Assembly (NCBI GenBank): GCA_014905635.1
Contig: JABVCE010000027.1
Span: 186,001 to 250,000 of the forward strand
Direction of reading: 5' to 3'
Origin: Scenedesmus sp. PABB004
Lineage: Eukaryota
DNA length: 64,000 nucleotides
Position numbers and translations under genes: made by a program. The notes under the pieces are model-generated. The model ran no database searches. It saw only the letters and a list, made by a program, of their open reading frames with translations, and was not told where the DNA came from. How positions within the stretch are numbered: position 1 is the stretch's first letter; each line of letters opens with the position of its first letter. Shown one piece after another: positions 22,448-33,726 of this stretch.

Positions 22448-24604
22448 TCACCGGCGGCGCGGCGGCTCCTCCTCGTCCTCAAACTCGCCGTCCTCCCCAA
22501 ACTCGCCGTCCTCGTCAAACTCGTCGTACAGCGGCGGCGCCGCCTCGCCCGTGAACCACTCGACCGCGCGCGGCACGAGCGACTCCCTGCACGGCGCGCG
22601 CGCGCGCGCGCGCACGCACGCGGGGCGGCGGTGAGGCCGGCACGCGCAGCCAGGCGGCGGGCGCGGGCCCTGCGCTGCAGCGCAGCAACGCGGCGTCAGC
22701 GCCCCCGCCGCCGCCGCGCCTGAACGCGGTCGCGATCTCATAGTCCTCGTCCATCTGCTGCTGCAGCGCCTCCAGCTCCTCCTCGCCGAGGTCGTCCGGG
22801 TTCTCGGGGATGACCGGCGTCCTGACCGGCGCCGGCGGCGCCCGTGTGAGCGGTGCCCGTGTGAGCGGCGGCGGCGCTGGCCGCGCGCGCACAAACGCAC
22901 ACACCGCAACACGCCAAGCTCGCGCACGCAGCTGTTGTATTAACTAACTGAGCTTCATAACACACAATAGAACACACAAAAACACACACAAGAGGGCTCA
23001 CTTGAAGAAGTTGAAGAACGAGTCGCAGGGCTTGGTCGAGCTCACGGTCAGGCCGCCGCCCTTGCCGCCGCGGCCGCCCTTCTTGTCGGCGACGCGCTTC
23101 TTGACCGTCGTCACGGTCGTGTCGGCGCCGGGGGAGGCCCAGTCGATGGTGCAGCCGATGAACTTGTCCGGCACGATCTCGTCAGGGTTCTCCATGTAAA
23201 ACGTCTTCTCCAGCACCTGCCGAGGGGGAGGGGAGGGGGCAACAACGCCGCGCGCGGTTCAGGGGCGGCGGCGCGGGGTCCGCGGGCAGCCGCGAGGGGC
23301 GACGGTGCGGGGCTCGGCGGGGCCCAGCGCCCGCCCGCGCGCCGCCGCGCCGCTCCGCCCTCCCGCCGCACCGCGCCGCACCCCGCTCCCCGCACCTTGT
23401 TGGTGAAGTGCGGGTTTTGGCTGAACTCAAACTCCAGCCGGAAGCTGCCCGCGTGCTCGCCCGTGAGCGTCGCGACGCGCACGTCGGCCAGGTGGCGCAG
23501 CACCTCGGCGTCGCGCTCCGTCACATACTCGCCGAGCATGTCGTGGTTGGTGATGGCGGTCAGCCAAAAGTCGGGGATGCCCTCGTCTGGAGCGCGGGCG
23601 GGCGGGCGGGCGGGCGGTGCGATACACCAGGCAGCGGCGATCGCGGGCGGCCGGCGGCGGCGGCGGCGGCGCGGCCGCGGGGCGTGCGCTGCGGGCGCGC
23701 GCGCTCGCTGCGTGCTGTCTTGCGCTGCTGCCGGCCGCCGCGCGCGCAGCAGCGGCCGCGCGGCCCGCGGCAGCAGCGCTCGCAGCGCCGCCATCGTGCC
23801 CGCGCCCGCGCCCGCACGCACCCGCCTCGTCGCTGTCGGGCACGTCGTACGCGCCAACCGCCTCCTGCCCCGCCACAATCGCCTGGCGTTTGGACAGCAG
23901 CGGCGCTGCGCCGGCGGCGCAGCGCGGCGGTCGTTGGGGCGCCGGCGCGGCACTCGCTCGCGCACGCCTGCTCGCGGCGCCGCCGCCGCGCCGCGCAGAG
24001 CGCAACAACAACAGCTCCACCTCCTCGCCCCATCCCTCTCTCACCGGCCTGCTTCTCGTACTTGGCCTGCAGCTCCGCGCGCTCGCGCACAAACGCCTGC
24101 AGCAGCGTGTCGTAGTCTCCCTGCACCTCGCGCAGCGCCGCGACGCGGCGGCGCACGGGCCCCGGCATGTCCTCGGTCCAGTCGATGTCGTCGGCGAGGT
24201 CGGCCGCCGCGGCGGACGCCGGCTCCGCGCGCGCCGGCGCGAGCTGCGGCGGCGGTGGCGGCGGCGGCGGCGGCGGCGCGGGTGAGGCGCGGCGGGGTCG
24301 GCGCCCGCCGCCGCCTGCCGCGCGCCGGGCGGCCGGGCGGCCGGCGGCCACCAGCCGCCGCGCCCGCTGCGCCGCCTCACCATGTGCCGGGTGCTGGCCA
24401 GGCCGCGCCCCAGCCTGACGCGCAGCGGGCGCAGCGCGGGTGAGGGGCGGCCAGCGGCGCCGCGCGGCCGCGCGGGCCGCGGCGGGCCGCGCCGCCGCTG
24501 CCGCCGGGCGCCGCGCGCGCGCACCTGAGCGGCGCGGCGCCGCCGGCCGCACGGGACCAGCGGTTGATCACCCCCGCCACGCTGCGCCCGGCAGCGAGCG
24601 CCAT
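22448..24604 (-). CDS. NAP1: Nucleosome assembly protein 1 family (N-terminal exons uncertain)
   Basis: VRRRVAALREVQ, GIPDFWLTAI, FRLEFEFSQNPHFTNK|VLEKTFYM, GCTIDW, CDSFFNFF, DEDYEIA...LVPRAVEWFTGEA plus acidic tail. Confidence 0.93.
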
Positions 24605-24911
24605 GGCGAGAGCGCGGGGCGAGGGTCGGGGGCCGAGACGGCGGTGCTGCTGCTGGCCTGCCTGCGAGCGCGTGCTTGGAGGCGGAGCGCGAGTTCGATC
24701 GGCTGGATGGGGGAGTGCGCCGGGGGGCCGCGCGCGGGCGGCGGTGCTGCAGACTCGCGTGGGTTCGCACGCAAAATACCGCTCGCGAGCTGCCGGCGGC
24801 AGCCTGCCGCGCGCCTGCCGCTCCGCCCTGCTCCCACGCCGCAACAGGACGCACCAGACCGATCACTCGTGCTGATCGGGAGAGCCTGGGCGCCCCCAGC
24901 GCGCCGCCGCG

Positions 24912-26513
24912 ATGGCGCCCGCGCCGCCGGCGCAAGCGGCGGGCGAGCCGCTGGCGGTGATGGCCTCCGGCTTCGCCAAGCTCATGGGTGCGCGCAGCAG
25001 CGGCTTGGACGCCGATCAGGGTGGGCCCGCACGCGCACCGGCCGCCGGTCGCGCGCAACCGCCGCTGCTGCGCGCGGCGCCGCTGCGCCAGTGTCGCAGG
25101 TGGCCACGCGGCTGGTCACGTTCTCCATGAACCTCCTCGTCGCGCGCCAGCTGACGCCCGAGGCCTACGGGGTGCGGCGGCCCCACCGGCGCCGCGCGGC
25201 GAGCAGCGCGCCGCGCTCGGCCACGCTCCCCGCCGCCGCACCACCTCTGCGCCGCGCCCGTCCGCCGCAGCTGTCGGCGGTGCAGTTTCACCTCATCATC
25301 ACCACCATCCTGTTCCTCTCGCGCGAGGGCTTCCGCCGCGGCGGGCTGCGCGTCCGGGACGAGGCCGGCGGCGGCAAGGCGCGGCGCCACGCCGGGACCG
25401 CAGCTCCGGAGAGCAGCGCGGGCACCGCGCAGGGCACGTGAACGCGGCCGGCGGGGCGGCTTGCGCCCGCGACCGCCGCGCCCGCCCGCCCGCAGGCCGG
25501 CGGCGGGAGCGCGAGCGTGGCGGAGCGGGTGCTGCGCACGACGTGGCTCGTGCTGCCGATCGGCGCCGCCGTGTCGGCCGCGGTGTGCGGCTTCGTGCTG
25601 TGGCGCTCGCAGGACGCCGAGCCAGAGTACCGCCAGGCGGTGCTCGTGCACGGTGCAGGGCCGCGCAGGCGCCGCGCGCGCCGACCGCAACGTGGCGCGG
25701 CGCGCGTGCGCGATGCCCGCCGCGCGGGCCGAGCGGCGCGCCGTCGACCGCCCCCCCCCCCGCCCGCGCCGCCCGCGCAGGCGTCGCGGCGCTGCTGGAG
25801 CTGTGCGTCGAGCCGCTGTACATCATCAGCGCGACGCGGCTCGAGTTTGGGCGCCGCGCCGCGATCGAGACCGCCGCGCTGCTGGCCAAATGCGGGCTCA
25901 CGCTCGTGCTCGTGTCGCGCACCGCGCTGCACCCCGCGCGCGTGTTTGCGGCGGCGCAGCTCGCCTACGCGGGCGTCGTCGCGGCCAGCTACGCGGCGTA
26001 CGGCCTGACCCTGGCGGCGGCGGTGCGCGCGCCGCGCCCGCGGGCAGCGCTGCCGCGGCGCGGCGCGCCGGCGCCGAGCGCGCGGCGCCGCTGAGCCCGC
26101 GACGCACCACGCCAGGGCGAGCTGCGCGTGCGGAGCTGGCGCTGGGACGCCGCGGACCGGGCGACGCTGCGCATCACGCGCCTGTTCGGCATCCAGGCGG
26201 TGCGTGCGCCGCCGCGCGGCGCGCGGCGCGGGCCCGACAGCCCCCGACGGACGCCGCGCCGCGCCCGCGGCGCAGGCCGAGAAGCTGCTGCTGGCCGAGG
26301 GCAGCAAGCTGGCGCTGGTGGCGCTGGAGAGCAGCTACAACCAGGGCGTGTACGGGCTGGTGGCCAACCTGGGCAGCCTCGCGGTGCGCCTGCTCTTCAC
26401 GCCGGTGGAGGAGGCGGCCTTCACCGCGTTCAGCAGGTGCGCCCGCCCGCCTGTGTGTGTGTGTCTGTGTGTCTGTGTGTCTGTGTGTCTGTGTGTCTGT
26501 GTGTCTGTGTGTC

Positions 26514-26602
<89 letters not shown>

Positions 26603-27927
26603 CGGCGGGGGATGCTCGAGCCCGGCGGCGCGCGGCGCCGCCGCCGCCCGGCACACTCGCTGCGCCCCGGCGCCGCGCGCCGCGCAGGGCGGGCCTCGGC
26701 GCGGCGGGCGCGCCCGGCGCGGCCGGGCGCGCGGCGCTCGCGTCGACGCTCGGCATCGCGGTCAGGGGCGTGTCGCTGCTGGGGCTGCTCGCGGTGTCGT
26801 TTGGGCCGTGGTACAGCTGGCTCGCGCTGCGCCTCGTGTACGGCCCCGCCTGGGCCGCGACCGAGGCGCCCTTCGTGCTGGCATGCTACACCTGCTATCT
26901 GCTCGCCCTCGCGGTCAACGGTGCGCCCCGGCCGGCCTTGGCGCGCCGCAAACGCGCGCCCGGCGCTGGCGCCTCCGCCGAGCCGGCGCGCCCCGCGACG
27001 CGCGCTCGGCGTGTTATGCGTCGCCGGAGCCGGCGCGCCGCCCGCCGCGAAGCGAAGGCCCCACCCGCGCCGCGCCGCGCCGCGCCGCGCCGGCAGGCAT
27101 CACCGAGGCGTTTGTGCACGGCGTGCTCGACCCCGCCGCGCTCGCCGCGGCCAACGCGGCGCTCGTGGGCTTCAGCGCCGCGCATGTCGCCGCGAGCCTC
27201 GCGCTCGTGCGCGCCGGCGGCGCGGCGGGGCTCGTCGCGGCGGACACGCTCAACATGGCGCTGCGCATCGCCTACTCCCTGTGGTGAGGCCGGCGGGGCG
27301 GGGCGGGAAGGGCGCGGCGGCGGCGCGGGGCGGGGCGGGGCGGGGCGGGGCGGGGCGGGGCGGGGCGGGGCGGGGCGGGGCGGGGCGGGTGGAGGAGCTC
27401 GTGCGCTCGCCGCGAACGCTCCGGCGCGTGGAGAGTTTGTGCGGCGCCCGCCCACGCGCCCAGCTGCCGCCGCCGCCGGCCGGCAGGTTCACGCGGCGCT
27501 ACTTCAGCGGCGTGCCGGGGTTCAGCGTGCGGGGCACGCTGCTGCCCAGCGCCCGCTCGCTCGCCGCGTGCGCCGCGGCGTCGGCGGTGCTCGCGGGCTC
27601 GCACGCGCTGCTGCTGCCCGGCGCGCGCGCCGCACACGGCGGCGCCGCGTTCTGGCGGCCCGTCGCCGCGCACGTCGGCGTGGGCGTCGCGGTGCTGGCG
27701 GGCCTGGCGGCGCAGCTGGCCGTGGCAGAGGTGCGCGGCGCGCGCGCGCCGCCGCGCGCGCGGCGGGGCGGGCCGCGGGCCCGACGCTGACGCCTCGGCC
27801 GCGCCGCGCGTGGCCTGCGCAGGGCGGCACCGCGCGCGCGCTGGTGGCGCTGCGGCGGCAGCGGAGCGGCAGCAGCGGGAGCGGCGCAGACGGCGGCGGC
27901 GGCGGCGCGCCAGAAAAGCAGGAGTAA
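24912..27927 (+). CDS. RFT1: RFT1 (Man5GlcNAc2-PP-dolichol translocation protein)
   Basis: QVATRLVTFSMNLLVARQL, ILFLSREGFRR, LLELCVEPLY, KLLLAEG, NQGVYGLVANLGSLAVRLLFTPVEE, LAVNGITEAFV, LNMALRI; about 10 introns. Confidence 0.94.
26452..26598. repeat. Compound microsatellite (GTGTCTGT)n/(GT)n followed by (GA)n, in RFT1 intron
   Basis: Directly visible; GA run 26531-26598. Confidence 0.96.
27326..27389 (+). repeat. (CGGGG)n pentanucleotide tandem, potential G-quadruplex, in RFT1 intron
   Basis: About 12 consecutive CGGGG units. Confidence 0.93.
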
Positions 27928-27932
27928 CACTT

Positions 27933-28083
27933 GCAGCACGTCGCCCGGGTGACTCCGCGAAAGCTGATGCGACCGGCTGGGCGGGGCAGCTGCTGCACCC
28001 GCAGTGTGAGGGTCCTCACGCTGCGGGTCCAGCAGCTGCCGCGCCCCGCCGGCCAGCTCAGCAGCGCGCGACCACGACGCTGC
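27933..28083. repeat. Long imperfect palindrome/hairpin (core 27963-28062)
   Basis: gctgatgcgaccggctgggcggggcagctgctgcacccgcagtgtgagg pairs with cctcacgctgcgggtccagcagctgccgcgccccgccggccagctcagc around a 2-4 nt loop; both strands translate to near-identical peptides in the ORF track. Confidence 0.9.
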
Positions 28084-29046
28084 GCGCCGCCGCCGCGCCC
28101 GCCCGCCGCCGCGCCGCCCGCCGCCGCGGGCTTGGCCCCCTGCGGCGGCAGCCCCGGGGCGCCCGGCGCGCTCACGCGCTCGCCCGGGCGCGGCAGCGTG
28201 CGGCCGAAGTGCAGCGCGCCAAAGAGATGAACGCCAAATAGAGCACGCCAAAGTCGAGGGCGTAAAAGTAGGCTTCGTTTGACGCGAGCGGGCCGTCAAA
28301 GCCGAAACTAAACTCCACTACGCGAAATACGTTGCGGGCATACAGCAGCGCGACCGTGCCGTGCACGCAAGCCCACACGCCGCGCCAGCGGCGCCCGCGG
28401 AAGCCGTAAGCGGCGACCGCGTGCACGCGCGCCGCGACGCCCGCAAAGGCGGTGAAGAAGGCGAGCTGCAGCGCGAGGCCGGCGAGCATGAGCTGCCGCC
28501 CGACGTCGCGCAGCGACGCGTCGCGCATTGCGAGCAGGCCGCCCGCGGCGCACTGCAGCACCAGGCAGAGCACGTCCGACGCCGTGAAGGCGCGCGCCGT
28601 CCAGCGCGCGAGCGCGCCGCCGCGCCCTGCGGCGCTGGCCTGGAGGAGGCGGCCGACGGCCACGTAGTCTGCGGCGGGCCCCGCGGCGCGGCGCGGAGCG
28701 GAGCGGGGCGTGTGGGCTGCCGCCGGGCTCAGCGCGCGCGGTGTGGTGTGGCAGTGTGGTCCTCGGGCCGGCGCCCCTTGGCACCTGTGACGTTGAGCAG
28801 GACCGGCGAGATGATCAGGCAGGCCTGCGAGAGGGCGTACGTGACGAGCTGGGGGTCGTGCATGGCCGCGACGCGCGCCGCGAAGCCAACGACCTCCAGC
28901 GCGCGGGTCGCGACGACGGTGAGCATGAACCACGCGCGGTAGCGCAGCGTGAGGGCGAGGACGGCAAGCGTGGCCACCGCGTACAGCGCGGCCGCCGCGA
29001 GCGCGGCGTCGCGGTTGGGCGTGGTGTGGAAGAAGGCGCGGACCAT
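28058..29046 (-). CDS. RTA1/Rsb1-like multi-pass lipid-translocating exporter family protein; exons 29046-28785 and 28668-~28058 (3' frameshifts)
   Basis: LEVVGFAAR, LIISPVLL, YVAVGRL, FTASDVLCLVLQCAAGGLL, LAGLALQL, RNVFRVVEF...NEAYFYALD are RTA1-family motifs; a 1-bp shift near 28226 restores ...LHFG; true stop uncertain. Confidence 0.85.
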
Positions 29047-29743
29047 GGCAGCTCTGAGCTGCTCCGCCGAGGGGCGTCAGCGCCGCCGCCGCCGTGGCCA
29101 TGGCTGTCGGCAGCGAGCTGCGGCGCGCGCGGCGCGGGCGGGCGCGGAGGTCCGTGTGCGCGGCGGCGCTGGCCGCGCGCTGTCACCCAGCCCAAGCGCG
29201 GCAGCTCGGGGGCGGCCGCGCGCGGCGCTGGCCGCGCGCAGCCAGCCCTGGCGGCGCAGCTTGGCGGCGCGCGGCGCGGGCCACAGGCGCGCGCGAGACG
29301 TGTGTGACACCCACCCGGAGCTCCTGGCGAGGCGGAGCGGCTGCGCGCGCGGCCGGGGCGGTGCGCGGCGCTCGTGGCGCGCGCTGCTTTGGCGGTGGCG
29401 GCGGGGAGCGGCTGGGCGGCGCGCTGCCGTGGACGGTGGCGTGTGGTTGTAAAAGAGGCGGGGGGCGACAGCTGGGCGGCGCAGGTCGTCTGGCCGCGGG
29501 GCGGCGGCGGGCGCGGGCGTCGGTGCCGCCGCCGCGGCGCAGCCAACGTTGAAACCGGCGGCGGCGGCGACGCGCCCCCACTCGCCTGTCACGCCTGGGG
29601 CGCTCCGCCGCTCCGCCACCCCGCCACCCCGCCCGGCACCGCGCCAGCGCGCTAGCTCCCGCAGCTGCGTGCCCAGTGCGCCCCTGCTCACCGCGCACAT
29701 GCGCGTGCTCTAGGGGGCTGGCGGACCGGGCCACCCGGCCGGC

Positions 29744-32438
29744 ATGTCGCTTGATCCAGACATGTGGCTGGAGGGCCTGGGGCTGCCATCGCTGGGCGAC
29801 GGAGCAGGCCTCGACGCGCCGCCTGGCCCCGGCGCGCCGCGCGCGGGCTGGCCCGGTGGCGCCGGCGTCGGAGGTGCCGGGGGCGGCGCGGCCGGCAGCA
29901 GCGGGCACCCAGGGAGCGGCAGCGGGGGCCTGCTGCTGCTGCCCAAGCAGGAGCCCGGCCCCTACGCCTGGCAGGCGCAGCAGCCGCAGCCGCAGTCGGT
30001 GCAGTCGTTGCAGACCCAGGCGCAGGCACAGGCGCACGCGCAGGCGCAGCAGGCGCAGCAGGCGCAGCAGGCGCAGCAGGCGCAGCTCGCGGCGCTGCAC
30101 GAAGCGCAGTACCAGGCGCTCCTCGCGCAGCAGCAGCAGGCGGCACTGCTGGCGGCCCAGGCGCAGGCACAGCAGGCGCAGCAGGCGCAGCAGGCGCATG
30201 CGGGCGGGCTGCGCGGCATGGCGCCGACGCCGGCGAGCGCAGCAGCGGCGGGCGTGGCCATGACGCCCGCCGCGCTGGCGGCCACGCTGCACGGGCCCAC
30301 GCTCAGCCAGGCGGGCGGCGGCGGCGGGCCGGGCGGCCAGCAGGCGGCGGCGCAGCAGCGCTGGGCGCTCGACCCGGCGGCCGCCGCGGCGCAGGCGCAG
30401 CTGCAGCAGCTGCAGCAGCTGCAGCAGGCGCAGCAGATGCAGCAGATGCAGCAGATTTACGCGAGCATGCAGGCCGACGGCGACGGCGGCGGCGCCCGCG
30501 GCAGCGACGACGGCGGCGGCGGCCGCGCGCCGCCGCGGCGGCGCAGCAGCGCCGCACGCCGAGCCTCAGCGCCAGCAGCGCCGCCGCGGCGCCGGCGGCG
30601 GCGGCGGCGGCGCGCAGCTTCACGGGCGGCGCCGCCGCCGCGGCCGCGCCTGCGGACGCGGCGCCGGGCGACGACGAGCCCGACCTGAGCCACCTGACGG
30701 TCATGCAGCGCTACCACGCGCGGCGCAAGCTCGCGGTGCAGCGCATGGAGCGCGCGGTCGAGGAGAAGCTCGCGCAGCTCGCGCTGCTGGAGCGCGAGAA
30801 CCGGCAGCTCAAGTGGCGCGCGCACATCATCGAGAACATGCTGCTGGACATCGACAAGCAGCTCGAGGTCATGGCCGCCATGGACACGCCCGACGCGGCG
30901 CAGTGGCTGCGCCTGCTCGGCATGGGCCGCGCCGGCGGCGCCGGCGGCGGCGGCGGCAGCCCCGGCGGCGGCGGCGCCGGCGGCGGCGGCGCCGGCGTCG
31001 CGCGCACGGTGCACCGCATGCTCGAGGGCGCCGGCGGCGTCGACGTGTCGGGCTGGACCGCGGCGGACTGCCGCGCGCGCTGGCGGGCCTACCTCGACGC
31101 GCTGGGGCCGCTCGTCGGCGCGGCGCGCGCGGCGCAGGCGGAGCACCGCGCGGCGCAGCCCGCGCCGATGCAGGAGGCAAGCTCCGCGCTCGCCGGCGGC
31201 AAGCGCCCGCGCCGCGCGGCGGCCGCCGCGGCGGCGGCCGTCATCCAGCAGGAGGCGGCCGACCTGCTCGGCGTCGCGCCGCCGGTGCCGCACAGCAACA
31301 TCCCCGACCCACCCGCGCCGGGGGCCGCGCCGCGGCCGTCGCCGCCCACGGGCGGCGCGCCCGCGGCCGGCGCCGGCGCCGGCGCCGCCGCCGGCGGCCT
31401 CGCCGCGAGCGACGGCGCCGCGGCGAGCAGCGACGCGGCGCCGGCGGCGCACGTGTCGAGCGTCGAGGGCGTGCCGCCGGAGCTGCTGGCGCGCATCGAG
31501 GAGCTCGTGCTGACCAACTTTTACTGGCTCCTCGCCGTTATGACGAGCAATCCAGTGCTGACATACGAGTTCATCTCGATGGACGTCCAGGCCGGCGACG
31601 CGCCGCTGCCGCCGCAGGAGGCGCCGCTCTGGGCGGGCGCGATCGACGTCGTCGAGCCGACGCTGGAGCAGCTGCAGGAGTGCAGCACCTGCATCCAGGC
31701 GCGCGCGCGCGGGCGGGCGCGGCCCCGCGCGCGCCGCCGCGCCCCTCTGGCCGTGCGCCGCGCCGCGCCTCACGCTCGCCGCGCCGCGCGCGCCAGGTCT
31801 CGCGGCGCTGCATGGAGGCGGTGCTCGCGGAGCGCGTGGAGGTGCAGGCAGCGCTGCGCGCGGGCGACCAGGGCGGCGGCGAGATGACCAGCCACACGAG
31901 CGAGGACGTGCTGCGCCTCAACTCGCGCGACGCCGCGGTCGAGCGCATGCGCGCCAACGTGCGCAAGGAGAGCGTGGTGCGTGGCACGGCACGCGGCGGC
32001 GCGGCGCGGCACGGCGGCGCGGCGCGGCGCGGCGCCGCCCTGCCTGCTTCGCTCTGCCCCACCCGCAGCGCTCACGCGCGCTTCGCTCAAACGCTCACAC
32101 ACTTCCGCCCAAACGCCCAATCACACCCCAATCACACCCCCAATCACGCGGGGCGTGATTATCCCTATCACAATCAACACAACCAGGTGCGCAACATGGT
32201 CGGCTTCTACTGCATCAACGTCTTTTCCCTCTACCAGCTCGCCAAGGTCAGCCTCGCCTGCGCGCCCTGGTTCTGCATGGCCTGGCGCGTCGTCGGCGCG
32301 ATGGACGAGCGCCTGCAGCAGCAGCAGCGCGGCGGCGGCGGCGGCGGCAGCGCGGGCGGCGGCGGCGCGAGCGGCGGCGCCGGCGCGCGCGGCGGGCACA
32401 ACACGCGCGCGAGCGCGCGCGCCGCCGCGCAGCGCTGA
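29744..32438 (+). CDS. Gln-rich bZIP-like transcription factor; 3 exons, apparent frameshift near 30540
   Basis: Poly-Q/A N-terminus, then MQRYHARRKLAVQRMERAVEEKLAQLALLERENRQLKWRAHIIE (basic region plus heptad repeat); introns at 31699 (GC) and ~31977 (GT). Confidence 0.7.
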
Positions 32439-33726
32439 TGGGTGGGAGGGGGATCAGCGGGGGCGGCGGGGTGTGGGGACGGCGGGGAGGGCGCCCCGTG
32501 GCGGTCGGGCGCAGCCGGCGGGGCTTCGCCAAGCACGGGGCGCGTCCTTTGTCCCGCGCGGGGAGAGGCGCGTGGCGCGCGCACACAGTGTGGCCGAGGG
32601 CAGTCGCGCCGGCGGGGCGGGCTGGCGCGTGCGCCCCTGGGACCACTCCGCGCTGCCGCATGGCCCTGGCGGCCGGGGGCCGCCGCCGGCGCGCGCGCCT
32701 GGGCGGAGCCGCGCCTGCAGCGGCAGCGCCTCCCCTTGCCTTTCTTTGCTTTGACCAGGGACACTTGCACACGCACATGCAAACCAACACAGCAGCCCGC
32801 GAGGGCTGATCGTGCGCAGCCTGAGGCCCCCGGCGGCACTGCGCGTGGGCGTTGGTTGATTGACGGCTGTCGCCCTGTTTGGTGGTGGTCGGGACTCTGG
32901 CGGCAGCGCGACCTCTGCGCGCGCGCTCATCTGTTTGCCTTGCCGGCCTTGCCAAACCTGCAACGGTGCGGATGCCGCTGATCTTAACGTCATTGGCACC
33001 AGCAGGCCAGCCAGCGCCCGGGGCGTGCTGCAGTCCGCAGCGCGGCGCGGCGGGTCGGGCGGCCCGAGCCTGCGCTCGTGGGCCCCCTGCTGAGCCACAG
33101 AACCCAACGCCATGCGAGATTGGGCCCTCGCGGCTCCGACGATCGGTCGGGAGTAACCTCGGTCTCGAGCGCTGGCGTGCTGGGAGGCGCCGGCGTGCTG
33201 GGAGCACCGCCGGGCTGCCGCGCGAGTCAGAGTTCCGGCGGTATCGAAGGGCCGCCGCGCCCTGCCCAGCCGCACGACCGGCGCACGGCGCCCGCCGCCG
33301 GCGCGGCGGCCGCTGCGCCGCCTGCCGCCGGCGCGCGGCGGCCCCCTGCGGCAGCGGCAGCGGCGGCGGGCGGCGAGCGGCGGCGCTTTGTGCGGTTGCG
33401 GTCCGGGCCGCGGAGCGGGGGGTGCCGGCAGGGCTGTGGCAGTGTCGGGGCGCTCGGCAGCGCGTTTTATGTCGCTGCCCGCGCGCACAGCGCTCCCCCG
33501 GCCCCCGCGCGCCCACTCCGGTCGTCCCTGCGTCCGTCCCGTGCGCGTCCTGGCGGCTCGGCGCACGCGCGCGGCGCCCGCCCCTCGCCGACACAGCAGC
33601 GCCCCGCCCGCCCGCTCCCGTCCGCGGCCTGATGAAGCGCTGGCGATCCTGATCCAGGCTGCTTGCGCACGTCGCTCCCGAGCGCGCGGCGGTCCCGCAT
33701 AGCCCCGCGGCGCGGGGGAGGCGGCG

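Noticed and set aside
32440..33720. 1.3-kb intergenic region with a short direct repeat (ggcgtgctgggag x2, ~33174-33205) as a possible structured ncRNA
   Set aside because: No tRNA, snRNA, SRP or RNase P/MRP motifs recognised; an Infernal/Rfam scan is needed.
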